DNA of 64,000 nucleotides. Origin: Acidimicrobiia bacterium. Lineage in GTDB: Bacteria > Actinomycetota > Acidimicrobiia > Spongiisociales > Spongiisociaceae. Under the pieces are notes generated by a model. That model did not search any database, was not told where the DNA came from, and was given only the letters and a program-made list of their open reading frames with translations. Shown one piece after another: positions 48,692 to 57,149 of the stretch (within the stretch, counting starts at the first letter, position 1; each line of letters starts with the position of its first letter). The DNA is taken from positions 5,907-69,906 of the forward strand of contig VXMP01000075.1 of the NCBI GenBank assembly GCA_009841075.1. The letters are read 5' to 3'. The translations under genes and the position numbers were made by a program.

Positions 48692-50182
48692 ATGGGTGCC
48701 ATCATGATCCAGGGGACTGCTTCAAGTGCAGGTAAGTCGTTGTTGGTGGCCGGGCTATGCCGTCTGGGGGTGCGGCGGGGTCTGTCCGTCTCTCCTTTCA
48801 AGCCCCAGAACATGTCCAACAACGCCGCCGCCTGTCCGGATGGTGGAGAGATCGGTCGGGCGCAAGCTCTACAGGCTCGGGCAGCCGGGGTAATACCCCA
48901 TCCTGACCTCAATCCGATCCTGATCAAACCGCAGTCTGATCGCACCGCTCAGCTGGTGGTAAACGGCACCCCCTACGGGCTGCTCCGTCCCGGGGATTAC
49001 CTCACCGACCGGGGCGGCTTGCTGGACCTGGTGATTACCAGCTTCGACAAGCTGAAGGCGAATCACGATCTGGTGGTGGTGGAGGGTGCGGGAAGTCCGG
49101 CGGAGACCAACCTGCGCTCCCGAGACATCGCCAATATGGGCTTCGCCAGGAGAGCGGGTGTCCCGGTTTTTCTGGTCGGCGACATTGACCGTGGTGGGGT
49201 AATCGCCTCCCTGGTGGGCACCCATACGGTCCTGGAGAAGGCGGACGTGGCTCTGATCAAAGGTTTCATCATCAACAAGTTCCGAGGCGATCCCTCCATT
49301 TTCGATTCGGCCGTCAGCCTGATCGAAGAGCGCACCGGTTGGCCGTGCCGGGGAATAGTCCCGTGGATTGCTCAGGCCGGCCATCTTCCATCCGAAGATG
49401 CGGTGAGCTTCCCCGAAGCCGTAGAGTCGAGTTCCTCAGAGCCCGACTCCGTCCCCCGACTTCGGATAGCCGTGCCCCTTCTCAGCCGGATTTCCAATCA
49501 TGACGATCTCGATCCTCTCATGGCAGAAGATGGGGTGGAGTGCGTGATGGTTCGCCCGGGTCGGCCGATTCCCCGAAGGGTTGACCTGATCCTCCTACTG
49601 GGCACCAAGTCCACCATCGGCGACTTGGATTTCTGTCGCGAGCAGGGATGGGATCACGACATCATCGCCCATGCCCGATCCGGCGGACACGTATTCGGGA
49701 TATGCGGGGGAATGCAGATGCTGGGCTGTTCTGTGGAGGATCCGGCCGGAGTAGACGGCCCGGTCCGACAGGTTCCCGGCTTGGGACTACTTAACATCCG
49801 GACAGTGATGGGTGAGACCAAAATAGTCCGTGAATCCTCCGGTATATGCACGGTTTCCGGAGAGGAGGTGCATGGTTATGAGATACACAACGGGCGGAGC
49901 TCGGGACCCGATCTGGTTCGGCCTCTCCTGCATCTGGCTTCCGGACCCGATGGCGGACAAAGCCCGGATGGGCGAATCGGCGGGGTGCAGGTCCACGGCC
50001 TCTTCGCCAACGACCGTTATCGGCGGGCCTGGTTGACCCGTCTTGGTGCCCAATCCGACCAGTACCTGGAATACGAGACCCGGGTGGAGGCGGCCCTGGA
50101 TGAGTTGGCATCCGCTCTGGAAGAGGCGATAGACGTGGAAGCCCTTTTCCAGGAAGCCCTTGAACCAACCGTTCGCCCATGA
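48692..50182 (+). CDS. cobQ: Cobyric acid synthase
   Basis: MIQGTASSAGKS P-loop and a C-terminal glutamine amidotransferase with GICGGMQMLG. Confidence 0.9.
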   Translation: MGAIMIQGTASSAGKSLLVAGLCRLGVRRGLSVSPFKPQNMSNNAAACPDGGEIGRAQALQARAAGVIPHPDLNPILIKPQSDRTAQLVVNGTPYGLLRPGDYLTDRGGLLDLVITSFDKLKANHDLVVVEGAGSPAETNLRSRDIANMGFARRAGVPVFLVGDIDRGGVIASLVGTHTVLEKADVALIKGFIINKFRGDPSIFDSAVSLIEERTGWPCRGIVPWIAQAGHLPSEDAVSFPEAVESSSSEPDSVPRLRIAVPLLSRISNHDDLDPLMAEDGVECVMVRPGRPIPRRVDLILLLGTKSTIGDLDFCREQGWDHDIIAHARSGGHVFGICGGMQMLGCSVEDPAGVDGPVRQVPGLGLLNIRTVMGETKIVRESSGICTVSGEEVHGYEIHNGRSSGPDLVRPLLHLASGPDGGQSPDGRIGGVQVHGLFANDRYRRAWLTRLGAQSDQYLEYETRVEAALDELASALEEAIDVEALFQEALEPTVRP

Positions 50183-50751
50183 GGGAGGCAGGTCGGCCTT
50201 CGGAGCTGATCCTCATACTGGGTGGGGCTCGTTCCGGCAAGAGCGCCGCCGCCGAGCAGTTAGCCCCATCCGGTAGTCGGGTGTTGTTTGTAGCTACCGC
50301 CGAACCGCTGGATGAGGCGATGCGGCAGCGCATTCAGGCCCACCGCAGGCACCGACCGGATCATTGGGACACGGCGGAGATCCCCATGCTGCATCAAGGT
50401 GACGAACTCCGCTCTTCGGCCGCCCGATACGACACCTTCATAGTGGACTGTCTGACCCTTTGGATCAGCAACCTGATGCTCTCCCTCGGCCCGGGTTCTG
50501 ACGCAGATGTGGAGGCCGAAACCGCCACCTCCCGCCTTCTCGACCTGATGGCTGAGGAGGGTGGTAGATGGATCCTGGTCAGCAACGAGGTGGGGCAAGG
50601 CATCGTGCCGAACAACCCGCTGGGAAGGGAATACCGGGATGTTCTCGGACGGGTCAACCAGCAGGTGGCGTCACGAGCCGACCAGGTGCTGCTGATGGTG
50701 GCCGGTTTGCCGATCGACCTGAAGTCCGTCACCACACCGTTAAACCGGTGA
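50179..50751 (+). CDS. cobU: Bifunctional adenosylcobinamide kinase / adenosylcobinamide-phosphate guanylyltransferase
   Basis: ILGGARSGKS P-loop. The start overlaps the cobQ stop (ATGA). Confidence 0.88.
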   Translation: MREAGRPSELILILGGARSGKSAAAEQLAPSGSRVLFVATAEPLDEAMRQRIQAHRRHRPDHWDTAEIPMLHQGDELRSSAARYDTFIVDCLTLWISNLMLSLGPGSDADVEAETATSRLLDLMAEEGGRWILVSNEVGQGIVPNNPLGREYRDVLGRVNQQVASRADQVLLMVAGLPIDLKSVTTPLNR

Positions 50752-50825
50752 TATCCCAACAGGAATCCCACATAGTCAATAGGGCGGAAAGGTCATATAA
50801 CGCCTGGACAGAACAGGCAAAATCC

Positions 50826-52562
50826 CTAAGCCACCTGGTATTCGAGCAGGGACGACTTACCTAGCATTTCGATAAAACGTACCCTCAGGCTGACGCCGTT
50901 TACATCGGTCAGCATCAGGACTTGGCCCAGCTTGAAATTAACCGGCTGAGACTTGCCTTCGTCAACGGCAACGTTGGCTGTGTATAGGTAGGTTCTTTCC
51001 AGGGTGTCGAGAATCGGGTTTAGCCTCCCGGCCAGGCCGGGAAGGTGGCCAGTTCCTTCCGTGAATATCGCAGACCCGCCGCCCGGCAGCTCGGTTAGCT
51101 CTATAGCCAGTTCCTGGGGTGGCTGCCAAGCCTTCTCTACATACCCGACCAAACCAGGGGCACCGCATAACACTGTTATGGGAAGTTCGGAGTGAAAACG
51201 AAAGTGGGCACGTCCGAAAGTGTCGGTTTCTTCTGCCATCCAGGTTCCGTTCGGATAATGAGCCACCACCTTTACGCCGCTTTTTGGCCGGCCCTGGACG
51301 CTTACTGTTACAACCCCCTTCAAGTCTTCGGTCGGTGGAGGAGCAGAGGGGATGGTCAGGCGGAGCTCAACACCATCTAATAGCTCGTAACGTGGTTCTT
51401 GTCCGGTGAGGGAAAGCGTGTCGCGGTAGATAATCCTGACCCCTTCGCCACGCTCCTGCAGGAAATAGCGGCGATTGCCCGAACCAGGAACCTCCCCGAT
51501 TTCCAGTAGGCGGAGTATGGAGGCCAGGGTTTCGTTACGAGTGGCCTGACGGTCGCGCATCGCGTCAATAGATAGCGTGTTGGGGAGGGTGCCGGGAGAA
51601 TATAACTCCAGCCGATCATCGAATATAAACATCCTCGTCTTGGCGTTCTCTATGGAATAGTCCCGATGCACCACCGCATTTACCACCGCCTCGAACAACG
51701 ACCGTTCACTGAACTGTGGTACCTCGACAAATCCCGGCGTTCTCCGCGCCGACACCCGTGTATTGAAACGGGCGAACTTCACAGCTTGCCGAATCTGTCG
51801 ATCCAGAGGCCCGGTGATGGTGGAGGCGTCGTGTTGTTCCGCGCTGTCGAGAGCCGTTCCCCTATAGCGAACCGCTTCGATTAATGCACCTCTCAGGTAA
51901 AGGTGCGGCTTTTCGGTGCAAAGCAGTACACCTGCCACCGTGGCCCGCGACACACCCTCGTCATCGATATCCAACAGACCTAGCTTCAAGAGTTGGTTCT
52001 GCACCGACTCCTCGGAACGGGAGCTAAGGAAACGGTCGATTAGTTCTGTATCCAAGGTGCGAAAGCCAGTCCGGTCTACCATTGTTTCATCAGGGCCTTT
52101 AAGTCCGGCTCGACCGCGGTGCTGGAACAGCCGGTACAGAGCGGAGGGCGATAGCTGCCTCTTGGAACTGCCTTGTCTTTGAAGGTATCCGCCCGGACTG
52201 CGGTGAACCAAATCGCTTCTAGGGATATCCACTACCAGCACCATTCCCTGCTCCAGGGCGAACTTATGGGTAAAAAAGTGAAGGGGTGGATCTATGCTAT
52301 CGGCGCAAACCTCACTTATGAAGGCCTCTGCCTTCCCTAGACCTTCCCGATCCAGTGAACCAACCTCCCCCTGGTCTGTCACACCGAGAAACAGAGTGCC
52401 TCCCATAGTGTTGCCTAAAGCGGCCAACTCGTCGGCCATAGTCTCTCTTCTGGGTGACACCAAGCGCCCGTCTTGAATCTTGACGTCCTTGAACTCGATC
52501 CGAGTGTCCTCGCCGAGCAACAAACGCTCTCGCACCAACTCCTTGGTCCAAATTACGGCCAT
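50826..52562 (-). CDS. AlbA_2 (Schlafen-like DNA-binding) + HATPase_c_4 (RecG-C-terminal-like) protein with an extra ~170-aa C-terminal domain of unknown function
   Basis: The N-terminus has EDTRIEFK. The mid region has AVVNAVVHRDYS. The C-terminal region has no recognisable motifs. Confidence 0.7.
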   Translation of the reverse strand: MAVIWTKELVRERLLLGEDTRIEFKDVKIQDGRLVSPRRETMADELAALGNTMGGTLFLGVTDQGEVGSLDREGLGKAEAFISEVCADSIDPPLHFFTHKFALEQGMVLVVDIPRSDLVHRSPGGYLQRQGSSKRQLSPSALYRLFQHRGRAGLKGPDETMVDRTGFRTLDTELIDRFLSSRSEESVQNQLLKLGLLDIDDEGVSRATVAGVLLCTEKPHLYLRGALIEAVRYRGTALDSAEQHDASTITGPLDRQIRQAVKFARFNTRVSARRTPGFVEVPQFSERSLFEAVVNAVVHRDYSIENAKTRMFIFDDRLELYSPGTLPNTLSIDAMRDRQATRNETLASILRLLEIGEVPGSGNRRYFLQERGEGVRIIYRDTLSLTGQEPRYELLDGVELRLTIPSAPPPTEDLKGVVTVSVQGRPKSGVKVVAHYPNGTWMAEETDTFGRAHFRFHSELPITVLCGAPGLVGYVEKAWQPPQELAIELTELPGGGSAIFTEGTGHLPGLAGRLNPILDTLERTYLYTANVAVDEGKSQPVNFKLGQVLMLTDVNGVSLRVRFIEMLGKSSLLEYQVA

Positions 52563-52787
52563 GACTTCAGCTTATACCTCGTTGAGTATTCGGTGTCTAA
52601 ATAGCCAAGAAAGACAATAATTGGGGCGTCCAATATGGCTACGCCCCCGGCACCTTCCGGCTGGTACGACCATGGCCTGTACTGGAGTACGGCGAGGTCT
52701 GCGCTTTAGAAACCGGCAAGACGACCGTGCCGAGATGAGAACGGCTTACATCATGGCAAGCCTACGTTCGGGTATATGTCCTCGTGT

Positions 52788-54080
52788 TCAGGGGCCTAAT
52801 AAGGCGGCGGGGACTACCGCAATGCCATCTTGGTTTCGGTAGGCGTGGTGGCCGGTGGTAATGATCATGGTGTCCACCAGCCCGGGGCCGAGTTGTCGGG
52901 CGAGCCAGCGCAGGTGGGCGGTATCCTGGCGGGTGGGCACGGCTGTCAGTTTCACTTCGATCCCCAGTACTTTCCCTTCATGCTCCACGATCAGATCAAC
53001 CTCTCGTAGGTCATTCCAGGTTCTTAGGTGGCCCACTCGGGCCTGATGAGCCTGGGCGTAGACCCGCACGCTCTGGGTCACCAACGACTCGAACATAGCG
53101 CCAAGCAGCGGGCCGATGTGGAAGGACGGGACGGGTCGCTCGGATGGGTTTGGTGACAACAATCCTTCAGCGGAAACGTTCAGTAAACGGGCGGCCAGCG
53201 CAGGATCAGCAAGGTGATGTTTGGGTCCACGCTTCAACCTTCTCAACGAGGTACCCCACGGCTGCCAGGCCGGAACCGGCTCGACCAGCCACATCGCCTC
53301 CAGTAGGTCGCGATAGACCGCGGTAGTGGTCTTGGCCGGTTTGCCGCCCTCCGCCGGAGTCGAGGCATCCAAAATTGCCTCATACGAAGCAGTTGTGGCG
53401 GTGGCGGCGGCGTATGCGGTCATCCAGCGTCGCATGGTGGAGGGGCGTCGCAACCTACGGCCCATCAAGCCCACTTCGTGATCAACTACCCGATCCAAAT
53501 AACCATCAAATCGGACCGACCGAAGTTTGCTATCCGTCGTTTTCATACCCGGGAAACCCCCTTCCAGGATCTCCTTGACGTAGTCGGACAACCCCACCTC
53601 CGTTTGCCCACTAATCCTGGAACGGCCCCCGGCCAGCAAACGTCCCAGGCTCACGGTCGGCGTTTCCAAGCCTCTTTCCGATAGAGATATGGGCCGCATC
53701 CTCAACGTCACAATTCGTCCGGCACCCGAGTGGGTTGGCAGAGTGGCCGGACCGGTTGATCCGGTGAGCAGAAACCGTCCCGGTGCCGGGTTCTCGTCCA
53801 CAGCGCGACGCACCAGGTCCCACGAGTAGGGATAACGCTGCCATTCGTCGATCAGAACCGGCGGCTCTCCGACCGTCAACCGGCCCGGATCGGCTTGAGT
53901 AAGTGCCATAGTCTGGGGATCGTCCAGGTTGTGGACGGTTCGTGCCCGCCGAAGGGCAGTGCGCGTCTTGCCCACCGCCCGGGGACCGTTGATGCAGATG
54001 GCCGGCAAACCACCCAACATCCAGTCCAACTCCTGGTCAACTACCCGAGATAGGTAGGCACCGCTTTCCGAAACAGGCAT
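52788..54080 (-). CDS. AAA+ ATPase, DUF4143 family, paralog 3
   Basis: Walker A GPRAVGKTR and Walker B LIDEWQ. Co-oriented with the 86-aa ORF upstream and the AlbA_2 gene downstream. Confidence 0.85.
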   Translation of the reverse strand: MPVSESGAYLSRVVDQELDWMLGGLPAICINGPRAVGKTRTALRRARTVHNLDDPQTMALTQADPGRLTVGEPPVLIDEWQRYPYSWDLVRRAVDENPAPGRFLLTGSTGPATLPTHSGAGRIVTLRMRPISLSERGLETPTVSLGRLLAGGRSRISGQTEVGLSDYVKEILEGGFPGMKTTDSKLRSVRFDGYLDRVVDHEVGLMGRRLRRPSTMRRWMTAYAAATATTASYEAILDASTPAEGGKPAKTTTAVYRDLLEAMWLVEPVPAWQPWGTSLRRLKRGPKHHLADPALAARLLNVSAEGLLSPNPSERPVPSFHIGPLLGAMFESLVTQSVRVYAQAHQARVGHLRTWNDLREVDLIVEHEGKVLGIEVKLTAVPTRQDTAHLRWLARQLGPGLVDTMIITTGHHAYRNQDGIAVVPAALLGP

Positions 54081-54140
54081 TGATCCCTTTCCCTTCGATT
54101 AGTGGGAGTGTGGGAATATGTCCTTCTATGCTACTAATTC

Positions 54141-54401
54141 TCAGGTTTCTGCGCTACAAATTCTCGGACGTTCGTAAATCCTCGTAAGTGACTGTCCGAA
54201 CCTGAACACAGCTTCCGGCAGATGTTCCAGGCGAAGCCCCCCGAACGGTGGTTCAGAAAGATAAATGGGGTAATGGTCTCCGTCGGGAAACCGGAAGTGG
54301 GTTCTCACCAGTAGGTGGCCGTCCGGGTGCTGGTCAACAGCCACGTCCCTACAGAGGTTTTCGCACAATTTTTCCCTAAGGGTATACAGGTCAGGTATCA
54401 T
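54141..54401 (-). CDS. Hypothetical 86-aa protein
   Basis: ORF 60 nt upstream of ATPase paralog 3, same strand. No motif recognised. Confidence 0.35.
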   Translation of the reverse strand: MIPDLYTLREKLCENLCRDVAVDQHPDGHLLVRTHFRFPDGDHYPIYLSEPPFGGLRLEHLPEAVFRFGQSLTRIYERPRICSAET

Positions 54402-54563
54402 CAGAGCATCCTCGATTGTTTACTAACGGCCTTGATTATGGCTAGCTTAATTTGATCCTCTTTGATACTTGCAGCGAAGTTCTTGGGTCTGTATAGGATG
54501 GTTCAAAGGAGTTGTCCTTGCCCATTGGCGATGGGCGGGGTGGCAGGTTAAGGCGGCGTTTAT

Positions 54564-54974
54564 ATGGTGATACAGCAGGCGAGGGACTTTATCGCGGCCA
54601 ACCATCGGGGTGTTTTGCTCACCTTTCGAGCGGATGGGGCACCTCAGATGTCTCCGATCCTGGCCAACGTCGACCAAGGGGGCTTCGTTGTGGTGTCGAG
54701 TCGGGAGACCGCCTACAAGGTCAAGAACCTGGAGCGGGATCCGAGGGCATCTCTTTGTATGTTCGTCGACCGCTTCTATGGACAGTGGTTCCAGGTGGAT
54801 GGGGTGGCTGAGGTTGTTCGGCTTCCCGAGGCCATGGAACCGCTGGTCGACTATTACCGGAGCGTCTCGGGCGAGCATCCCGATTGGGAGGAGTATCGGG
54901 AGGCGATGCGGCGGGAGAGGCGCGTACTTATCCGAATATCGGTTCAAAGGGCCGGGCCTACCCGACACGGTTAG
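54564..54974 (+). CDS. PPOX-class (pyridoxamine 5'-phosphate oxidase-like) F420-dependent enzyme family protein
   Basis: About 136 aa with a split-barrel pattern similar to actinobacterial Rv1155-type proteins (GVLLTF.ADG.PQ..P). Confidence 0.65.
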   Translation: MVIQQARDFIAANHRGVLLTFRADGAPQMSPILANVDQGGFVVVSSRETAYKVKNLERDPRASLCMFVDRFYGQWFQVDGVAEVVRLPEAMEPLVDYYRSVSGEHPDWEEYREAMRRERRVLIRISVQRAGPTRHG

Positions 54975-55019
54975 ATTCCCGGCCGGTCGGTGCGTCTTAC
55001 GAACCACAAGAAGGTTCTG

Positions 55020-55107
55020 CGGAGGGGGTGGGATTCGAACCCACGAGGGGGGATACCCCTACGGCATTTCGAATGCCGCGCACTAGACCAGCCTATGCGA
55101 CCCCTCC
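55020..55107 (-). tRNA. tRNA-Ser (anticodon CGA)
   Basis: Manual fold: acceptor GGAGGGG/CCCCTCC; anticodon stem CGGCA/TGCCG with loop TTCGAAA; a long variable arm; T-loop GGTTCGAATCC. Confidence 0.85.
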
Positions 55108-55158
55108 CACAGGGAACCGGATTCTACCCCGTCAACCGGGAATTGCGCCCGGGTTCCG

Positions 55159-55614
55159 TCAGCGGAGGTTGTTTTTGAAGAAGTCGACCAAAAGGATGCT
55201 GCACTCCTCTTCAAGCATTCCGGACACTATTTCGATGTGATGGTTCAGCCGAGGATCTTGGGGAAGATTGTAAAGGCTCCAGGCGGCACCGGTTTTGAGG
55301 TCGGCCGCCCCGTACACGAGGCGCTTGATGCGGGCCGCCACCGCTGCTCCTGCACACATCGGGCAGGGTTCCAATGTGACCACCAAGGTATGGCCTTCAA
55401 GCCGCCACCGACCGGTCTGGCGGGCGGCTTGCGACAGCACCAACATCTCGGCATGGGCTGTGGGGTCCTGGGCCTCTTCGCGGCGGTTGTGATCGGAAGC
55501 GAGCGTTCTTCCTTGGGGATCAACCAGTACCGCGCCAACCGGAACATCGCCATGTGCCGGGGCTTGGGAGGCTTCCGCCAAGGCCTCTTCCATTTTTTGT
55601 TTCCAGTTGGTCAT
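55159..55614 (-). CDS. tadA: tRNA-specific adenosine deaminase
   Basis: HAEMLV and PCPMCAGA zinc-binding motifs. The start is chosen at MTNWKQ; the ORF is extended to 55824. Confidence 0.88.
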   Translation of the reverse strand: MTNWKQKMEEALAEASQAPAHGDVPVGAVLVDPQGRTLASDHNRREEAQDPTAHAEMLVLSQAARQTGRWRLEGHTLVVTLEPCPMCAGAAVAARIKRLVYGAADLKTGAAWSLYNLPQDPRLNHHIEIVSGMLEEECSILLVDFFKNNLR

Positions 55615-56001
55615 GGGGCTGCGGTAGCTAGGGGACTGCCGTGCGGCCCGTCGTCGAGTGCGGATTTTGGGGCCTGGAACGGCCGGTGGCTCGGGCCCGG
55701 TGACCTTACGGCAACCGATTCCTTCGTTTAGGGCTGCTTCCTCCCGGACCTGACCCGGTTGGCGAGGGTTAGGTAGCGTATGGGCCTGACCTTCATCGCT
55801 CGTACCGATCCGGTTTCCCGCCATCTCGGCATCCTTCGACGGGCGTCCGCCCCGCCTGTAGAGGGTTTCGGGTTACAGGACACCCCTAGCGTCCCGCGTT
55901 GCACGACTTCTCAAGTCTACCCGCCCTTTTCGCTCCCCGCCCGGCCCGCTTTTGCCCGGCGGCACGCGTAGAGGTCGGACTTCCTTTAATATTCAAGGGC
56001 T

Positions 56002-56091
56002 GGAGGGGTCGCATAGTCCGGTCTAGTGCGCACGCTTGGAAAGCGTGTAGGCGTGTTAAGCGTCTCGTGGGTTCGAATCCCACTCCCTCCG
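56002..56091 (+). tRNA. tRNA-Ser (anticodon GGA)
   Basis: Manual fold: acceptor GGAGGGG/TCCCTCC; anticodon stem CACGC/GCGTG with loop TTGGAAA; a long variable arm; T-loop GGTTCGAATCC. Confidence 0.85.
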
Positions 56092-56125
56092 CTCTTCATT
56101 CCGGTGACACCCATCGTGGCGACCA

Positions 56126-57145
56126 TTACCCCGGTGGGTTGATCCTGATCCTTGACTCCCATATGTTGTCCTCTGCATCAAGTTCGTCTTCCACCACGGT
56201 CAGCTTCAAGGTCAGCAGATACTCGGCTCCTGGCTCCACGGCGATAGGATCGAACGCCCTTGAACCGATCTCCCCGGCGGCCAGGTCGATGCCCGGGCTT
56301 TCTATCGAAGGTCCGGCCTCCCCGTCTTCTTTGCGAACGGTTGCCCTGATCGCTAGGCCTTTCTGATCCACATTGCCCCGGTTTCCGGCGACCACGCTGA
56401 ACTGCAGTCGCTCGGTCGAGGGGAAGAGAATCTCGCCCTCGCTGCCCAGGCCTCCGGCCGGCAAAGGATCGAACACCACCTGCAGGATGGCCACGTCCCT
56501 TCTCACCCCCATGGCCGTACTGCTACGAATGGTTCGGGCCAGCCTCTCCCCGTTCAACAACGGACGCTGGTTGGTTATGAAAGAAACGCTGGGGATATCT
56601 CCCACCACGGCCAGGTCTTCCGCCAGTTCTGTCGCCCGACTGAAAAAGCGGGCATAAACCAGGTCGCCGACTCGGATCTGGGCTATCGACCCTCCTAGCC
56701 GGTCAACCGGAACCGAGCCGGTCGGATCGTCGGCTGCTGCGGTTACGGCCGCCCGAAAGTCGGCTAAACCTACCTCCCAAGAACCCAACGCCACCCACAT
56801 CAACTCGTGTATGGCCGTGACCGATTCCGGAGCTTCGATCTGCCGGAAACGGTCTAGCTCCGCCCCCAGCTCCTCCGACAAACGGTTCATAAGAACATCA
56901 AAGTCATCCCGGCTGATGAAGCGAAGCTCGTCTCCTACCAGCCGCCTAAAGCCGGCCGAAACCTCCTCCACCCCTTGCAACACAATCCGTATCTCGTCGA
57001 CAAAGGCGACCTCTCGTCGGGCATCCATTCCACGGTCGTTAACCAAAACCGCCAGGCCGACCAGGGCGGCCAGAACCACCGTCAACCCCCACCACCATCC
57101 CCGCCTACCCCGGGGCCTTCTTCTGGACGAATATCCGATGCTCAC
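56126..57145 (-). CDS. Hypothetical membrane-anchored protein (single N-terminal TM)
   Basis: The ORF's upstream part overlaps the CCA gene. A GTG start near 57145 follows the CCA stop. Contains a WWWGLTVVLAALVGLAVL TM segment. Confidence 0.5.
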   Translation of the reverse strand: MSIGYSSRRRPRGRRGWWWGLTVVLAALVGLAVLVNDRGMDARREVAFVDEIRIVLQGVEEVSAGFRRLVGDELRFISRDDFDVLMNRLSEELGAELDRFRQIEAPESVTAIHELMWVALGSWEVGLADFRAAVTAAADDPTGSVPVDRLGGSIAQIRVGDLVYARFFSRATELAEDLAVVGDIPSVSFITNQRPLLNGERLARTIRSSTAMGVRRDVAILQVVFDPLPAGGLGSEGEILFPSTERLQFSVVAGNRGNVDQKGLAIRATVRKEDGEAGPSIESPGIDLAAGEIGSRAFDPIAVEPGAEYLLTLKLTVVEDELDAEDNIWESRIRINPPG

Positions 57146-57149
57146 CCGT

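Noticed and set aside
55615-56000. SRP (4.5S) RNA or RNase P RNA in the tadA-upstream region and in 59842-60407
   Set aside because: The SRP domain IV motif (GGAAGCAGCC with a GGAA tetraloop) is absent. RNase-P-like CCCGGCTT and AGTCCGGGC words occur in 59842-60407 but are adjacent rather than separated by the ~300 nt required by the P4 pseudoknot.
55020-56091. Possibility that one of the two tRNAs is tRNA-Sec (selC), given selA/selB in the window
   Set aside because: The anticodons read CGA and GGA, and the acceptor stems are 7 bp with normal Ser-type long variable arms. tRNA-Sec needs a UCA anticodon and an 8-bp acceptor.
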